The notes: generated by a model from the letters alone, not told the origin. A DNA stretch of 64,000 nt from Eledone cirrhosa (GCA_964016885.1 OZ024741.1:403744001-403808000); one strand, 5' to 3'. Shown: positions 1 to 9,029, counted from the first letter of the stretch. Numbers and translations: made by a program.

Positions 1-576
1 CATTCCGGGGTCATTCTGCAGATAAAAATAAGATATTTGGCTCTAGCTCCCACATTTTGCCACCGATTTCGTTCAAATTTTAAAGCAAAATAGAATTTAT
101 CATTGCACATCCTGTAATGGCTTTATATTTTGCATTTGTTGTTCAGGGACGGCGTGGCAGCCGCTTAAATATTAAAAAATACCACTTTTAGACTCAAATT
201 TTCACTTTTTCGGCTCTAGCTCCCACATTAATCAACCTACTTTGTTCGAATTTTACACTACGCTAGATCTGATTATTTCACATCTTAAAATAGCTTTACA
301 TTTTGGATTTTTTGTTCGGGAACGGCGTGGCAGCGGCTTAAATATTCGAAAATACTACCTCTTCGCTCAAATTTCCGCCTTTTCGGCTTTAGCTCCCACA
401 TTTTTCAACCGATTTCGTTGAAATTCGAAACTTCGGCTCCACCTCACACATAAATAAATTTATTTGGTTCAACTTTTATACTACGATAGAACCTATGATC
501 AACACTATGATCAACACCTTTTCATCAAAGCTGATATTATTTTACCTACCCAGGCAACGCTGGGTACTGCTGCTAG
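1..576 (+). mobile_element. 3' part of a non-autonomous Helitron (5' end outside the window)
   Basis: Hairpin TACCCAG-gcaacg-CTGGGTA at 547-566, then CTAG at 573-576 and a T at 577, which is the canonical Helitron 3' terminus. Internal tandem repeats lie upstream. Confidence 0.75.
39..430. repeat. Diverged 173-bp tandem repeat, ~2.3 copies, inside the Helitron
   Basis: GGCT(C/T)TAGCTCCCACATT recurs at 39, 212 and 385. ACGGCGTGGCAGC(C/G)GCTTAAATATT recurs at the same spacing. Confidence 0.85.
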
Positions 577-627
577 TACTTTGAATAAACCCTATTGTAC
601 AGTCAACTAAGTTATTATTCACTCATT

Positions 628-630
<3 letters not shown>

Positions 631-658
<28 letters not shown>
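631..658. repeat. (TA)n microsatellite
   Basis: Direct reading. Confidence 0.95.
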
Positions 659-662
<4 letters not shown>

Positions 663-1301
663 TACAACCTACATAGAGCACTCTTTTTTCCTGGACCTTT
701 CCGACAGAATTACTTCATTCACACACACATATATATATATTCATTCTCTCTCTATCTATCTAACTAACGGTCTGTCTGTCTTTTTTAACACAATACATAG
801 ATATCTAGTCTAGTGGAGAAAACTTGGAATATATAAAAATAAACCAATACCGCAGCCTAACCTCATTGTCTAAATACAAACCATTATGATAATGTTTATT
901 GATATTTACATAAAAATAAAGAAAAAATATTGGCATGATCCTTTTGTATACCAGCACCTTTGTAAAATATCCCACTGTATAGCCACAGCAATAATTTGGT
1001 TGTTCTGTTATATAAAGGAAATTATAATATCAAAGCATATATAAGTATAAAAGTTGATCCTAATAATGGTATGTAAATCTGAAAGAAGAATCAGTCGTTA
1101 TGTAACGCAGGTAGACATTTCTATAGATTTTAATTGTCTCTAGAAGATTACATGTTATCAATGAAATCATTGTTCAGAGGTTCTTTGCTCTCATCAGAAA
1201 TAATGGTTAAAAGAGGTTGTGTAATATTGTAGCTAGTTTGTTGAACATTGATAGGGATGTGGGAATAATATGTTGAGGGAGTGTTCTACATCACTAAATA
1301 C

Positions 1302-1305
<4 letters not shown>

Positions 1306-1374
<69 letters not shown>
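1306..1374. repeat. (TA)n microsatellite
   Basis: Direct reading. Confidence 0.95.
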
Positions 1375-1377
<3 letters not shown>

Positions 1378-1400
1378 GGAAAATGTATGACCTCTACGGC

Positions 1401-1464
1401 AGAGCTCAAGCCGTTTCGACGGCTATTTCTGGACTGAAATAGCCGTCGAAACGGCTTGAGCTCT
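1401..1464. repeat. Perfect 29-bp inverted repeat with a 6-nt loop, within a ~175-bp segment between two (TA)n tracts
   Basis: AGAGCTCAAGCCGTTTCGACGGCTATTTC (1401-1429), loop tggact, then GAAATAGCCGTCGAAACGGCTTGAGCTCT (1436-1464). Confidence 0.95.
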
Positions 1465-1547
1465 TTTCCTATTACCATTCTACTACCCTAAGTATTGAGT
1501 ACTCTGGTACGTTATGGTCCATCTGGTTCCTTACCACAACTCCTTTG

Positions 1548-1548
<1 letters not shown>

Positions 1549-1597
<49 letters not shown>

Positions 1598-1632
1598 GAG
1601 TATATCTATCTATCTATCTATCTATCTATCTA
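1549..1632. repeat. Compound (TA)n + (TCTA)n microsatellite
   Basis: Direct reading. Confidence 0.95.
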
Positions 1633-2093
1633 CTATATCTTTCAAAACGAAAACACACACAAGAACAACAGACAAAGACTAACACAACACAACACAAATA
1701 TTATACATACATAAACACTGACAATAAAACCTTGTTGGTCATCTCGAAAAACCCTTCCGTGGAAACCGAAGGAAAATATTTTACCAAATGTAAAGACAAA
1801 CCTAATTTAAGGACACCTATAAGTCCTTAAAGGAAAACTTTGCTGAGGACGTGGGGAATATGTGTTAAACCAACGAACCGCGTCCCCTTGAAACTTTTCC
1901 CCACCCCCACCCCAGACACCCCACCCTACAAGACACCCCTCCCCACCAAACATATCCGTCCCCACCCCGCCAGGAACCACCACCCTACCAAACAACCCCT
2001 CCAACACTCCCATGGACATTGTGCAGCCTGGTCCCCAAGAGACGAAGAGGTGAATGATTTTTTTTCCTCTTCTTTTAACTTTTCAGCACCAAC

Positions 2094-2364
2094 ATGGCCA
2101 ATATAAGAGTTGGATATGTGAATGTACGCGGCCTGGGGATGCCCTGAAAACAGGGAAAACTCTTAAACGACTTCAGGTTGCACAGTATGGATGTAGTAGC
2201 CATTTGCGAGTCCAGGATCCACAGCGAGCGACAGTTGGTCCCCATCTTCGACGACTTTGAGATCTACGCATCTCTCTGTCAGCCGGGGGATGGGGGCGGC
2301 ATTGCCGTTTTGCTGCGGAAACACCTGGACCTCGTAACACAGACGATACATCTGGACCCGGAGG
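2094..2364 (+). pseudogene. LINE ORF2 APE-type endonuclease, N-terminal fragment
   Basis: MANIRVGYVNVRGLGMP*KQGKLLNDFRLHSMDVVAICESRI...GGGIAVLLRK...LDPE carries the NVRGL, D-x4-E and GG(V/I)A motifs of APE endonucleases. In-frame TGA at 2145-2147. Confidence 0.85.
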
Positions 2365-2873
2365 ATCAGTGGAGACTTCACTTCGTCATTCTATAGAGGG
2401 TTGGTCCGCAGCAACTGCGACGACGCGTAGAGGAAGACGAACTGGCCAGTCTGTTCGGTAGAACCTTCCGCTCGGGATCGATGGACAACTTCCAAAAGTC
2501 CCTGGCAAGGCAGTGCTACCGAGGAGCTCTACCAGTTCGAGGCAAGCTCTACAGACACGGGCTCCCGGGTAGGAACCCTTCGAAAAAGATCTGTCCGAGA
2601 TGCGTGCGCGACGAGAAAACCATCGCGCACGCATTTGTACACTGCCCGGGCGTTACCGACCTGTGGGGCTATGTAGAACGACTATTGTCGCGGGTGGGAC
2701 CAATCCAGTTGACCACCGAGTCCATTGTCATGATCAAACCGCCATCCTCCTTCAAAAACGAGGGAGAGTCGGTTTTCCTATGTGTTATGGCTATGGTAAA
2801 AGAGGTTATATGGTGGACGAGGTTAAAAAGGCTAGGGTCAGACACCTTTCTCTCCGGCGAGCCTGTAGGTTGA
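2365..2873 (+). pseudogene. LINE ORF2 C-terminal cysteine-rich (zf-RVT-like) fragment
   Basis: ORF 2481-2873 reads GALPVRGKL...CPRCVRDEKTIAHAFVHCPGVTDLW...EVIWWTR, the C-x2-C...H-x4-C knuckle and IW-x2-R motif of the L1/Tx1 ORF2 C-terminus. Confidence 0.85.
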
Positions 2874-3142
2874 GGAAAATGATGAAGAGAGGAAAGGGGT
2901 ACAAACTCTTCGTACTCCTGGAGATGAGGGCTGCACATTTGTTTCGGGGGTATGTGTTACCCATATGAAATGTCTCCCCCTATTGGGGAAAATCGATTAA
3001 CTCTTAAATTACATTTGTGATAATATTTTACACGTTTTTATTGTTTGTAAACTTCCCCCTTTGTATTTGTCCCCTTCTTTTGTGACCCTGTGGCTAATAA
3101 AGAAACATATCTATATATCTTTCTTTCAACCCCTCTCTGTCT

Positions 3143-3145
<3 letters not shown>

Positions 3146-3231
<86 letters not shown>

Positions 3232-3321
3232 TGTGTGTGTATGTATGTGTATATATATATATATATATGTGCTTGTATGTACGTTTATACGTATGTTCAT
3301 TTATACGTATCATTCTCTCTC

Positions 3322-3352
<31 letters not shown>
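3146..3352. repeat. Compound (TA)n/(TG)n microsatellite
   Basis: Direct reading. Confidence 0.95.
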
Positions 3353-3354
<2 letters not shown>

Positions 3355-3441
3355 AAAGGTAAACAGAAATAACAACACAATCGGTACAGTATATGGAAGG
3401 GATATATTAGGTTAACGCTTGATATAGCAGGAAGAGGGTCG

Positions 3442-3470
3442 TAACGTTTCGGACGCTAGTCCTACATCAG
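3442..3470 (-). ncRNA. Degenerate minimal hammerhead-like motif
   Basis: Minus strand reads CTGATGTA-GGAC-tagc-GTCC-GAAACGTTA. Stem II is perfect, the core is one change from CUGAUGA, and no convincing stem I is present. Confidence 0.4.
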
Positions 3471-3591
3471 AAGAAAGAATGAGAAATAATATAGATTGAG
3501 GGGACGGGCGGGTTGGAATTGGAAAAAATGTCTTTAGATAAAAATAACAGGTCCATTCATGTTGACATCTCTTGCAAAATTGTTGATGGTG

Positions 3592-3686
3592 TCAATTGTC
3601 TGCCATAATCAAGCAGTATTCATCTGTCGAGGCTGCATTGTATGAGATTTGCCTATGAATACTGCTTGATTATGGCAGACAATTGA
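3592..3686. repeat. Perfect 32-bp inverted repeat with a 31-nt spacer
   Basis: TCAATTGTCTGCCATAATCAAGCAGTATTCAT (3592-3623) and its reverse complement (3655-3686). Confidence 0.92.
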
Positions 3687-3775
3687 TACACCCAGGACAC
3701 CATAGTGAAATACCAATATATGGAACATTACATTATGTGACATTCTTTCCTTATTTTAATTTATATTCCTTTGAA

Positions 3776-3894
3776 GTTCCGATGAGCCGCTCTGTCTTTA
3801 AATATGTTAATTATTTTCAACTGAACCAGATCAATAATGATATATAGTCATTTGATCCAGAAATATTATATGGAGTAGCGAAACAATTGTAAAC
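3776..3894 (+). ncRNA. Type I hammerhead-like motif with an enlarged stem II loop
   Basis: gtt-CCGATGA-gccgctc-(~80 nt)-gagtagc-GAAAC-aatt-GTA-aac. Stem I is 3 bp, stem II pairs at 6 of 7 positions, stem III is the palindrome CAATTG, the triplet is GUA, and the core has a U-to-C change. Confidence 0.45.
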
Positions 3895-4225
3895 GGACAT
3901 TATTATTATTAATATTATTATTATTCTTTTCTACATTCCTTACATCAAACTAAAATATGTTGACAATGTTTTAATAATGTCTTCCTTGTGAAATTTGTGG
4001 TCTTGTTTTGCTTAACTAATGAATATTTCTAGCACTGCGCGCCTAACTTCTGCCTGAACCCAGCCACCTAGCTGCTTTCCACTGCATATTGCACATTGAG
4101 CACATGCCATTACGCTTTGGTTTCTAACCAATTCACCAATCTCTCCTCTTCTATCTCCTCTCCTATCTCCATCTCTCTCTTTAAGATTGGTTACTCTTGA
4201 ACTGTATATATATATATATATATAT

Positions 4226-5001
4226 ATACAAATATAAATTAGCGAGAATCCTATTTCGGCTATTGGTAATTAGCGAAAAACAACTTCTGAGATGTGTGGC
4301 AAGCGCTCCATAGAAGCTAGTGAACTAGAGCTACAACATAAGTTGAAAGGCCAAACACACTGAGACGATGGTTAAACCATTATCCGCACAGCCATAGAAA
4401 CGACCAAGTAATTCGGGTCAAACAAATAAAATATGATTGAAAATTATACCCGGACCCCTGGAAGGTTGGTAATATCCAGCATTTGGGTTTCTGCAACTCC
4501 TAAATCAAGTACTGTCTGCTTAGACAAATAATGTTAAGCTTTTGGTAAGATGATCGAACAAGGAAGTCACTTTTTCAACAGGCTTTTAGTTTAGTGCCAA
4601 GCGAAGGACTGACCGTTATCAAAACCCACGTGGGGCTCGACAAGGGGGGGGGCAACCCTTAGTTTTGGCGGATGAATTCAGTATGCGTGTTATTGCAAAA
4701 TTGCAAAATATCACAAAATGAATTAAGTTCTCAACAAAATGGTTTTCAAATTAACAAGAGCTATTAATCAGTCAATAGAATTAACTAAAAAAATCAAGAA
4801 AATTAACTGGTCAATAGCTAGACTCTGGAGAATAATACAAATAAAAATTAGCGAGAATCGTATTTCGGCTATTGTAAATTAGCGAAAAACAACTTCCGAG
4901 ATGTGTGGCAAGCGCTCCATGGAAGCTAGTGAACTAGAGCTACAACATAAGTTAAAAGGCCAAACACACTGAGACGATGGTTAAACCATTATCCGCACAG
5001 C
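4226..5001. mobile_element. Non-coding element bounded by 167-bp direct repeats (partial tandem, 609-bp period)
   Basis: 4226-4392 and 4835-5001 are near-identical (about 7 differences). No ORF lies between them, and the element begins at a (TA)n tract. Confidence 0.6.
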
Positions 5002-5020
5002 GGATATATCACAGATATAT

Positions 5021-5176
5021 CCTAGATATATATTTATTAAAATAACAGATTAAAGTTTAAGCAAAGAATAGCTGCTTTCATCCTTAATGGGATCTGCTGA
5101 AGATCCCGTTAAGGGTGAAAGCAGCGATTCTTTGCGTAAACATTAATCTGTTATTTTCATAAATATTTGCTCTAGG
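5021..5176. repeat. Imperfect ~75-bp inverted repeat with a 5-nt loop
   Basis: ...AAAATAACAGATTAA...GCTGCTTTCATCCTTAATGGGATCT, loop gctga, then AGATCCCGTTAAGGGTGAAAGCAGC...TTAATCTGTTATTTT... Confidence 0.9.
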
Positions 5177-5253
5177 GTTCTTATATATTTGATATATATT
5201 TATCCTTATCGAGCCCTCATTGGATTTTAGTCTTCACATTTATTATTATTACT
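5099..5253 (+). mobile_element. Short repeat, copy 1, starting at a CTGAAGA-stem-GAAA motif (Penelope pLTR-like) and ending in (TA)n
   Basis: About 90% identical to 8063-8217. CTGAAGA-tCCC-gttaa-GGGt-GAAA lies at 5097-5120. Confidence 0.6.
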
Positions 5254-5475
5254 ATATATATGTATATAAGTATGTATACGTACATACATATATCTATACA
5301 GACGTACAGTAGTATGTATACATACATGCACATATATATATATATATATATATGTACGTACGGGTTTACCGAACATTTATTATAATGTTCGGTTTGTTTG
5401 TAAACAAACAACCCGAATTACGCCGTACAGTGCTCGCCAACCATCGTCGCCCTTTTGTTCAACACTGACAAAGGA

Positions 5476-5518
5476 ACGGTGAACTAGTTTCAAGCTGATT
5501 AGCTATCGTCAGCATCGT
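5476..5518 (-). ncRNA. Minimal type I hammerhead ribozyme candidate
   Basis: Minus strand reads acgatg-CTGACGA-t-AGCT-aatc-AGCT-t-GAAAC-ta-GTT-caccgt. The CUGANGA and GAAA core is intact, stem I pairs at 5 of 6, stem II is 4 bp, and stem III is the palindrome AACTAGTT. Confidence 0.62.
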
Positions 5519-5640
5519 ATAACTTCCTGTCAGATGATTGAACGTTTGAAAGTATATACTTTCTCCTTTATGCATATTAATGGCTGAGCAGCCTAATCGA
5601 GTGAGTTAGTCGGCCGGGCGTACCTAAAACGATAAATGGA

Positions 5641-5889
<249 letters not shown>

Positions 5890-5902
5890 AAGGCGGGTAA
5901 AA

Positions 5903-6708
5903 TTACCGAGATCCATGGACGAGTTCTCTCCAGCGGTCTCTGTCCCTCATTATCGCTGCCATGTCCTGCGTCTCCAACAGACCAGTGTCTGTCCTTAGGG
6001 CATCAACATACGTTAACCTTGGTCTTCCCCTTCTAGTGTGTCCATGTAGGGGCTCCCAAAGGAGCACTGAGTGCAATGTCAACTCTGGATGTCGGTGAGC
6101 ATGTCCAGCTAACCTCAGTCTCCTCTGTGTCACTTTTGAGCTGACTTTTGGGATACTCTCATACAGCTCTGAGTTTTCATCCTCAGTGTATACTGATTAA
6201 TGTTCAGAGCCATCCTCAGCATTCTCGTGTAGCACCCATCCACCATCTGAGTGAGTTTCTTGGTCAGTGTCCAAGTCTCAGACCCATACAGCAGCACAGA
6301 CTCCACTACAGCAATGAAGAGGCGGACCTTCAGGTTTCTACGAAGGTCCGACTTCCACACCGATCTCAAGCTGCCCTGGTCTTGCTCTTCCTCTCAACCA
6401 CATCATCTTCTGTATTCCCAATCTTTGCTCCCAAATACAGGAAGCCCTCAACCAATTCCAGCGGCTTCCCGCCTACATTAGTGATCCCCTCTGACTTCTC
6501 AACATTCTCTACCAGATATTTTGTTTTAGTCTCATTCATTCTCAGCCCCACACTCATCGACACAGTCTCAACCTCCCGCATCAAATCCTCTGCCTCCTTC
6601 ACTGTATTTGTCACCAAAACTATGTCGTCGGCAAATTCAGCATCTGATACCTTTTTCGCCCTAACTCTCCTGCTCTGAGCGGGTGCTACAGTAAAGCCAG
6701 AGTCCTGG
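5903..6708 (-). pseudogene. RTE-like reverse transcriptase, C-terminal part (FADD motif to the end), two frameshifts
   Basis: EFADDIVLV...VGLRMNETKTKYL...FLYLG, then VESVLLYGSETWTLT, then RRLRLAGHAHRH...GHTRRGRPRLTYVD. The RLRxAGH and RxRGRP motifs are characteristic of the RTE clade. Confidence 0.9.
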
Positions 6709-6747
6709 AGTTTCAGAGAGCCAGAGTCCAGGAGCTTCAGAGAGCCA
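6695..6747. repeat. 24-bp tandem duplication spanning the inversion junction
   Basis: AGCCAGAGTCCTGGAGTTTCAGAG, then AGCCAGAGTCCAGGAGCTTCAGAG, then AGCCA. Confidence 0.85.
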
Positions 6748-7405
6748 AGAAGAGGATCAAGAAGGGCAAGGCTCATGGAGAAGATGGAGTGGCATCAGAG
6801 GTGATGAAGAGGTGTGATTTTGATGATATCATCCTGGGGTTCTGTAACGGGGCACTGGAGAAAGGAGTTGCCCCGAATCAGTGGAGGATCAGTAACATCG
6901 TCCCAGTGCCAAAGAAGGGAGATCTCTCTAACACCAACAACTACAGGGGGATCTCACTGATGTCACTTGTGGCAAAGACCCTCAACAGGATGATTCTTAA
7001 CAGGATCCAGCCTGAGATGGAGAAGAAGCTCAGGGACAACCAGAACGGCTTCAGAGAGGGTAGATCAACCACCAGTCACATCCTGATGCTGAGGAGGATA
7101 TTAGAGGGAGCTAGAGCAAAGTGCCTTCCTGCGGTCATGGTTTTCATTGACTTTAGGAAGGCCTTTGAATCTGTGGACCGTTGCTGCCTGATGAAGATCT
7201 TACAGGCTTATGGAATCCCCAAGAAGATAGTGGACCTGATATCACTACTCTACACAAACACCAAAGCCCAAGTCATTACACCTGATGGGATGACAGAGTT
7301 CTTTGAGATACTGGCTGGAGTGCTCCAGGGAGATACATTGGCTCCCTACACCTTTTTATCATCGTAGTGGACTATTGTATGCGCCTTGCACTGGAGAAAC
7401 ACCAG

Positions 7406-7408
<3 letters not shown>
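6732..7408 (+). pseudogene. RTE-like reverse transcriptase, N-terminal part (domains 0-4), inverted segment
   Basis: KGKAHGEDG...PVPKKGD...NYRGISL...QNGFREGRST...FIDFRKAFESV...GVLQGDTLAP. After a frameshift near 7350 it continues FIIVVDYCMRLALEKHQD. Confidence 0.92.
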
Positions 7409-7504
<96 letters not shown>

Positions 7505-7532
7505 AATGAAATGAAATGAAATTTCATTCTTT
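7409..7532. repeat. Right arm of the palindromic flank: (TA)n + (GA)n + 33-bp motif
   Basis: Reverse complement of 5641-~5760. Confidence 0.88.
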
Positions 7533-7700
7533 ATATATATATATATTTATTCATTTTCGCGTATATATATTTTCGCGTATGCTTGTGTATGTACGTATTT
7601 GGATGCGTGTATGTATTTATTTAATATCTATTACCTCTGTATTGTATTTTATTTACTTTAACCTTAACTCTGAAGCGGAGAATCATTCGGTTTCCTAGTT

Positions 7701-7975
7701 AGAATTTTAGTCTACGACTTCAGCTATACAGTTTATGTGGTTTTGTCTTAGCGTGCTATTGTTCTCCACGGTCCACATATGACGTATTATCTTCGTTTTT
7801 TCCGTTCATTGCCAGAGAACGTCTCTATGCACCACCTAAGAGAACATTAGTCTACGACCTCTTTTATACCATAAACGTGGTTCTGTCTTTGCGCGTAATT
7901 GTTTTTCACCGCTCCTATTAATGACGTATTATATTCGTTTTTTCCCGTTCTTTGCCAGGGAACGTTTCCACGAAC
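7701..7975. repeat. Diverged ~141-bp tandem duplication
   Basis: TTAGTCTACGAC at 7707 and 7847. TGACGTATTAT.TTCGTTTTTTCC...GCCAG.GAACGT at 7780 and 7922. Confidence 0.7.
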
Positions 7976-8062
7976 CAAAGTATCGTCTTCCTGTCTTCTT
8001 CCGGTTGCAACGTTTTTTGAAATATCCACTTCTGCGTTTACAGATTGACTTTGTTAGTTTCA

Positions 8063-8213
8063 GAAGATCCCGTTAAGGGTGAAAGCAGCGATTCTTTGCT
8101 TAAACTTTAATCTGTTATTTTAATAAATATTTGCTCTACGGTTCTTATATTTTTGATATATATTTATCCTTATCGAGCCCTCTTTGGGTTTTATTCTTCA
8201 AATTTATTATTAT

Positions 8214-8217
<4 letters not shown>
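8063..8217 (+). mobile_element. Short repeat, copy 2 (same family as 5099-5253)
   Basis: Colinear 155-bp match that ends at the same point before (TA)n. The core reads CAGAAGA in this copy. Confidence 0.6.
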
Positions 8218-8243
<26 letters not shown>

Positions 8244-8251
<8 letters not shown>

Positions 8252-8720
8252 ATACTTTGGGAGGGTCAAGTTGCCAATAAGAAACACACGCACCAGTTGC
8301 TTTCACTTCAATTTATTATAAATTAAATTTATAAATTTAGGAATTTATAAATTTCCGGTTGGTTGGTTGGTTCCACAACCAGATGATTGTTCATATATTG
8401 TCAAAGTTCTTTTGTCACACATTCTTTGACCTCTTCAGTGATTGGTTTTTGTGCCTCTCCTCTCCTTTGTTCTATAGGACAGAACAAGGGAGAGGCACAA
8501 AAACAAAGAAAAGAATCCCCAACCATTGAAGAGGTCACAGAATGTGTGACAAAAGAACTTTGACAATATATGAACAATCATCTGGTTGTGGAACCAACCA
8601 GCCAACCGGAAATTTATAAATTCCTAAATTTATGAATTTAATTTATAATAAATTGAAGTGAAAGCCTCTGGTGCGTGTGTTTCTTATTGGCAACATGACC
8701 CTCCCAAAATATAACAATAT
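8244..8720. mobile_element. ~480-bp fold-back element (arms ~230 bp, loop 8474-8480)
   Basis: ATATTGTTATACTTTGGGAGGGTCA... pairs with ...TGACCCTCCCAAAATATAACAATAT along its whole length, with few mismatches and small indels near the centre. Confidence 0.85.
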
Positions 8721-8773
8721 CGTTTCAACACACGTTTTCAGATAAAGAATCTTACTAAACAAATTCAGAAACG

Positions 8774-8775
<2 letters not shown>

Positions 8776-8839
<64 letters not shown>
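8776..8839. repeat. (TA)n(GA)n microsatellite
   Basis: Direct reading. Confidence 0.95.
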
Positions 8840-8842
<3 letters not shown>

Positions 8843-8932
8843 AATTCTGCTGACAAATGTATTTTGCCTCAGTCGGAGGTTTTCAACTTCATCAGTGTGT
8901 TATTGTCAATTGTCTCTACAGATATATGTATG

Positions 8933-8956
8933 CACACACACACACACACACACACA

Positions 8957-9028
<72 letters not shown>
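8933..9028. repeat. (CA)n(TA)n microsatellite
   Basis: Direct reading. Confidence 0.95.

Positions 9029-9029
<1 letters not shown>

Larger units (their letters stand above)
1644..3113 (+). mobile_element. Internally deleted L1/Tx1-clade non-LTR retrotransposon
   Basis: ORF2 endonuclease start at 2094, C-terminal CCHC region at ~2365-2873, and AATAAA at 3096-3101 next to the microsatellite. Candidate TSD TATATCTTTC at 1634-1643 and 3114-3123. The 5' boundary and ORF1 remnant are uncertain. Confidence 0.65.
5888..7408 (-). mobile_element. 5'-truncated, 5'-inverted RTE-clade LINE inserted in (TA)n
   Basis: The RT C-terminal half is on the - strand (5903-~6708) and the immediately preceding RT N-terminal half is on the + strand (~6732-7408). 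Both ends abut (TA)n. Confidence 0.9.

Noticed and set aside
39-430. Relationship between the 173-bp Helitron repeat and four 43-bp monomers (172 bp)
   Set aside because: No sequence similarity was visible; the lengths match by coincidence.
493-517. 12-bp tandem duplication CTATGATCAACA
   Set aside because: This is an ordinary slippage duplication, not a TSD of any visible insert.
840-1300. Possible host exon on the minus strand (TTTCAG acceptor near 1080)
   Set aside because: The frames I checked close quickly and give no recognisable protein.
1840-2106. Proline-rich ORF as an independent gene
   Set aside because: It is low-complexity C-rich sequence directly upstream of LINE ORF2, at most an ORF1 remnant.
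4240-4295. Hammerhead in the 167-bp direct repeats
   Set aside because: A GCTA/TAGC stem and GAAA are present on the minus strand, but there is no CUGANGA box at the right spacing.
6148-6678. 176-aa plus-strand ORF, and similarly 6251-6481, 2163-2381, 2386-2634, 2600-2968 and 2669-2938
   Set aside because: These are antisense or alternative-frame shadows of LINE ORF2 fragments.
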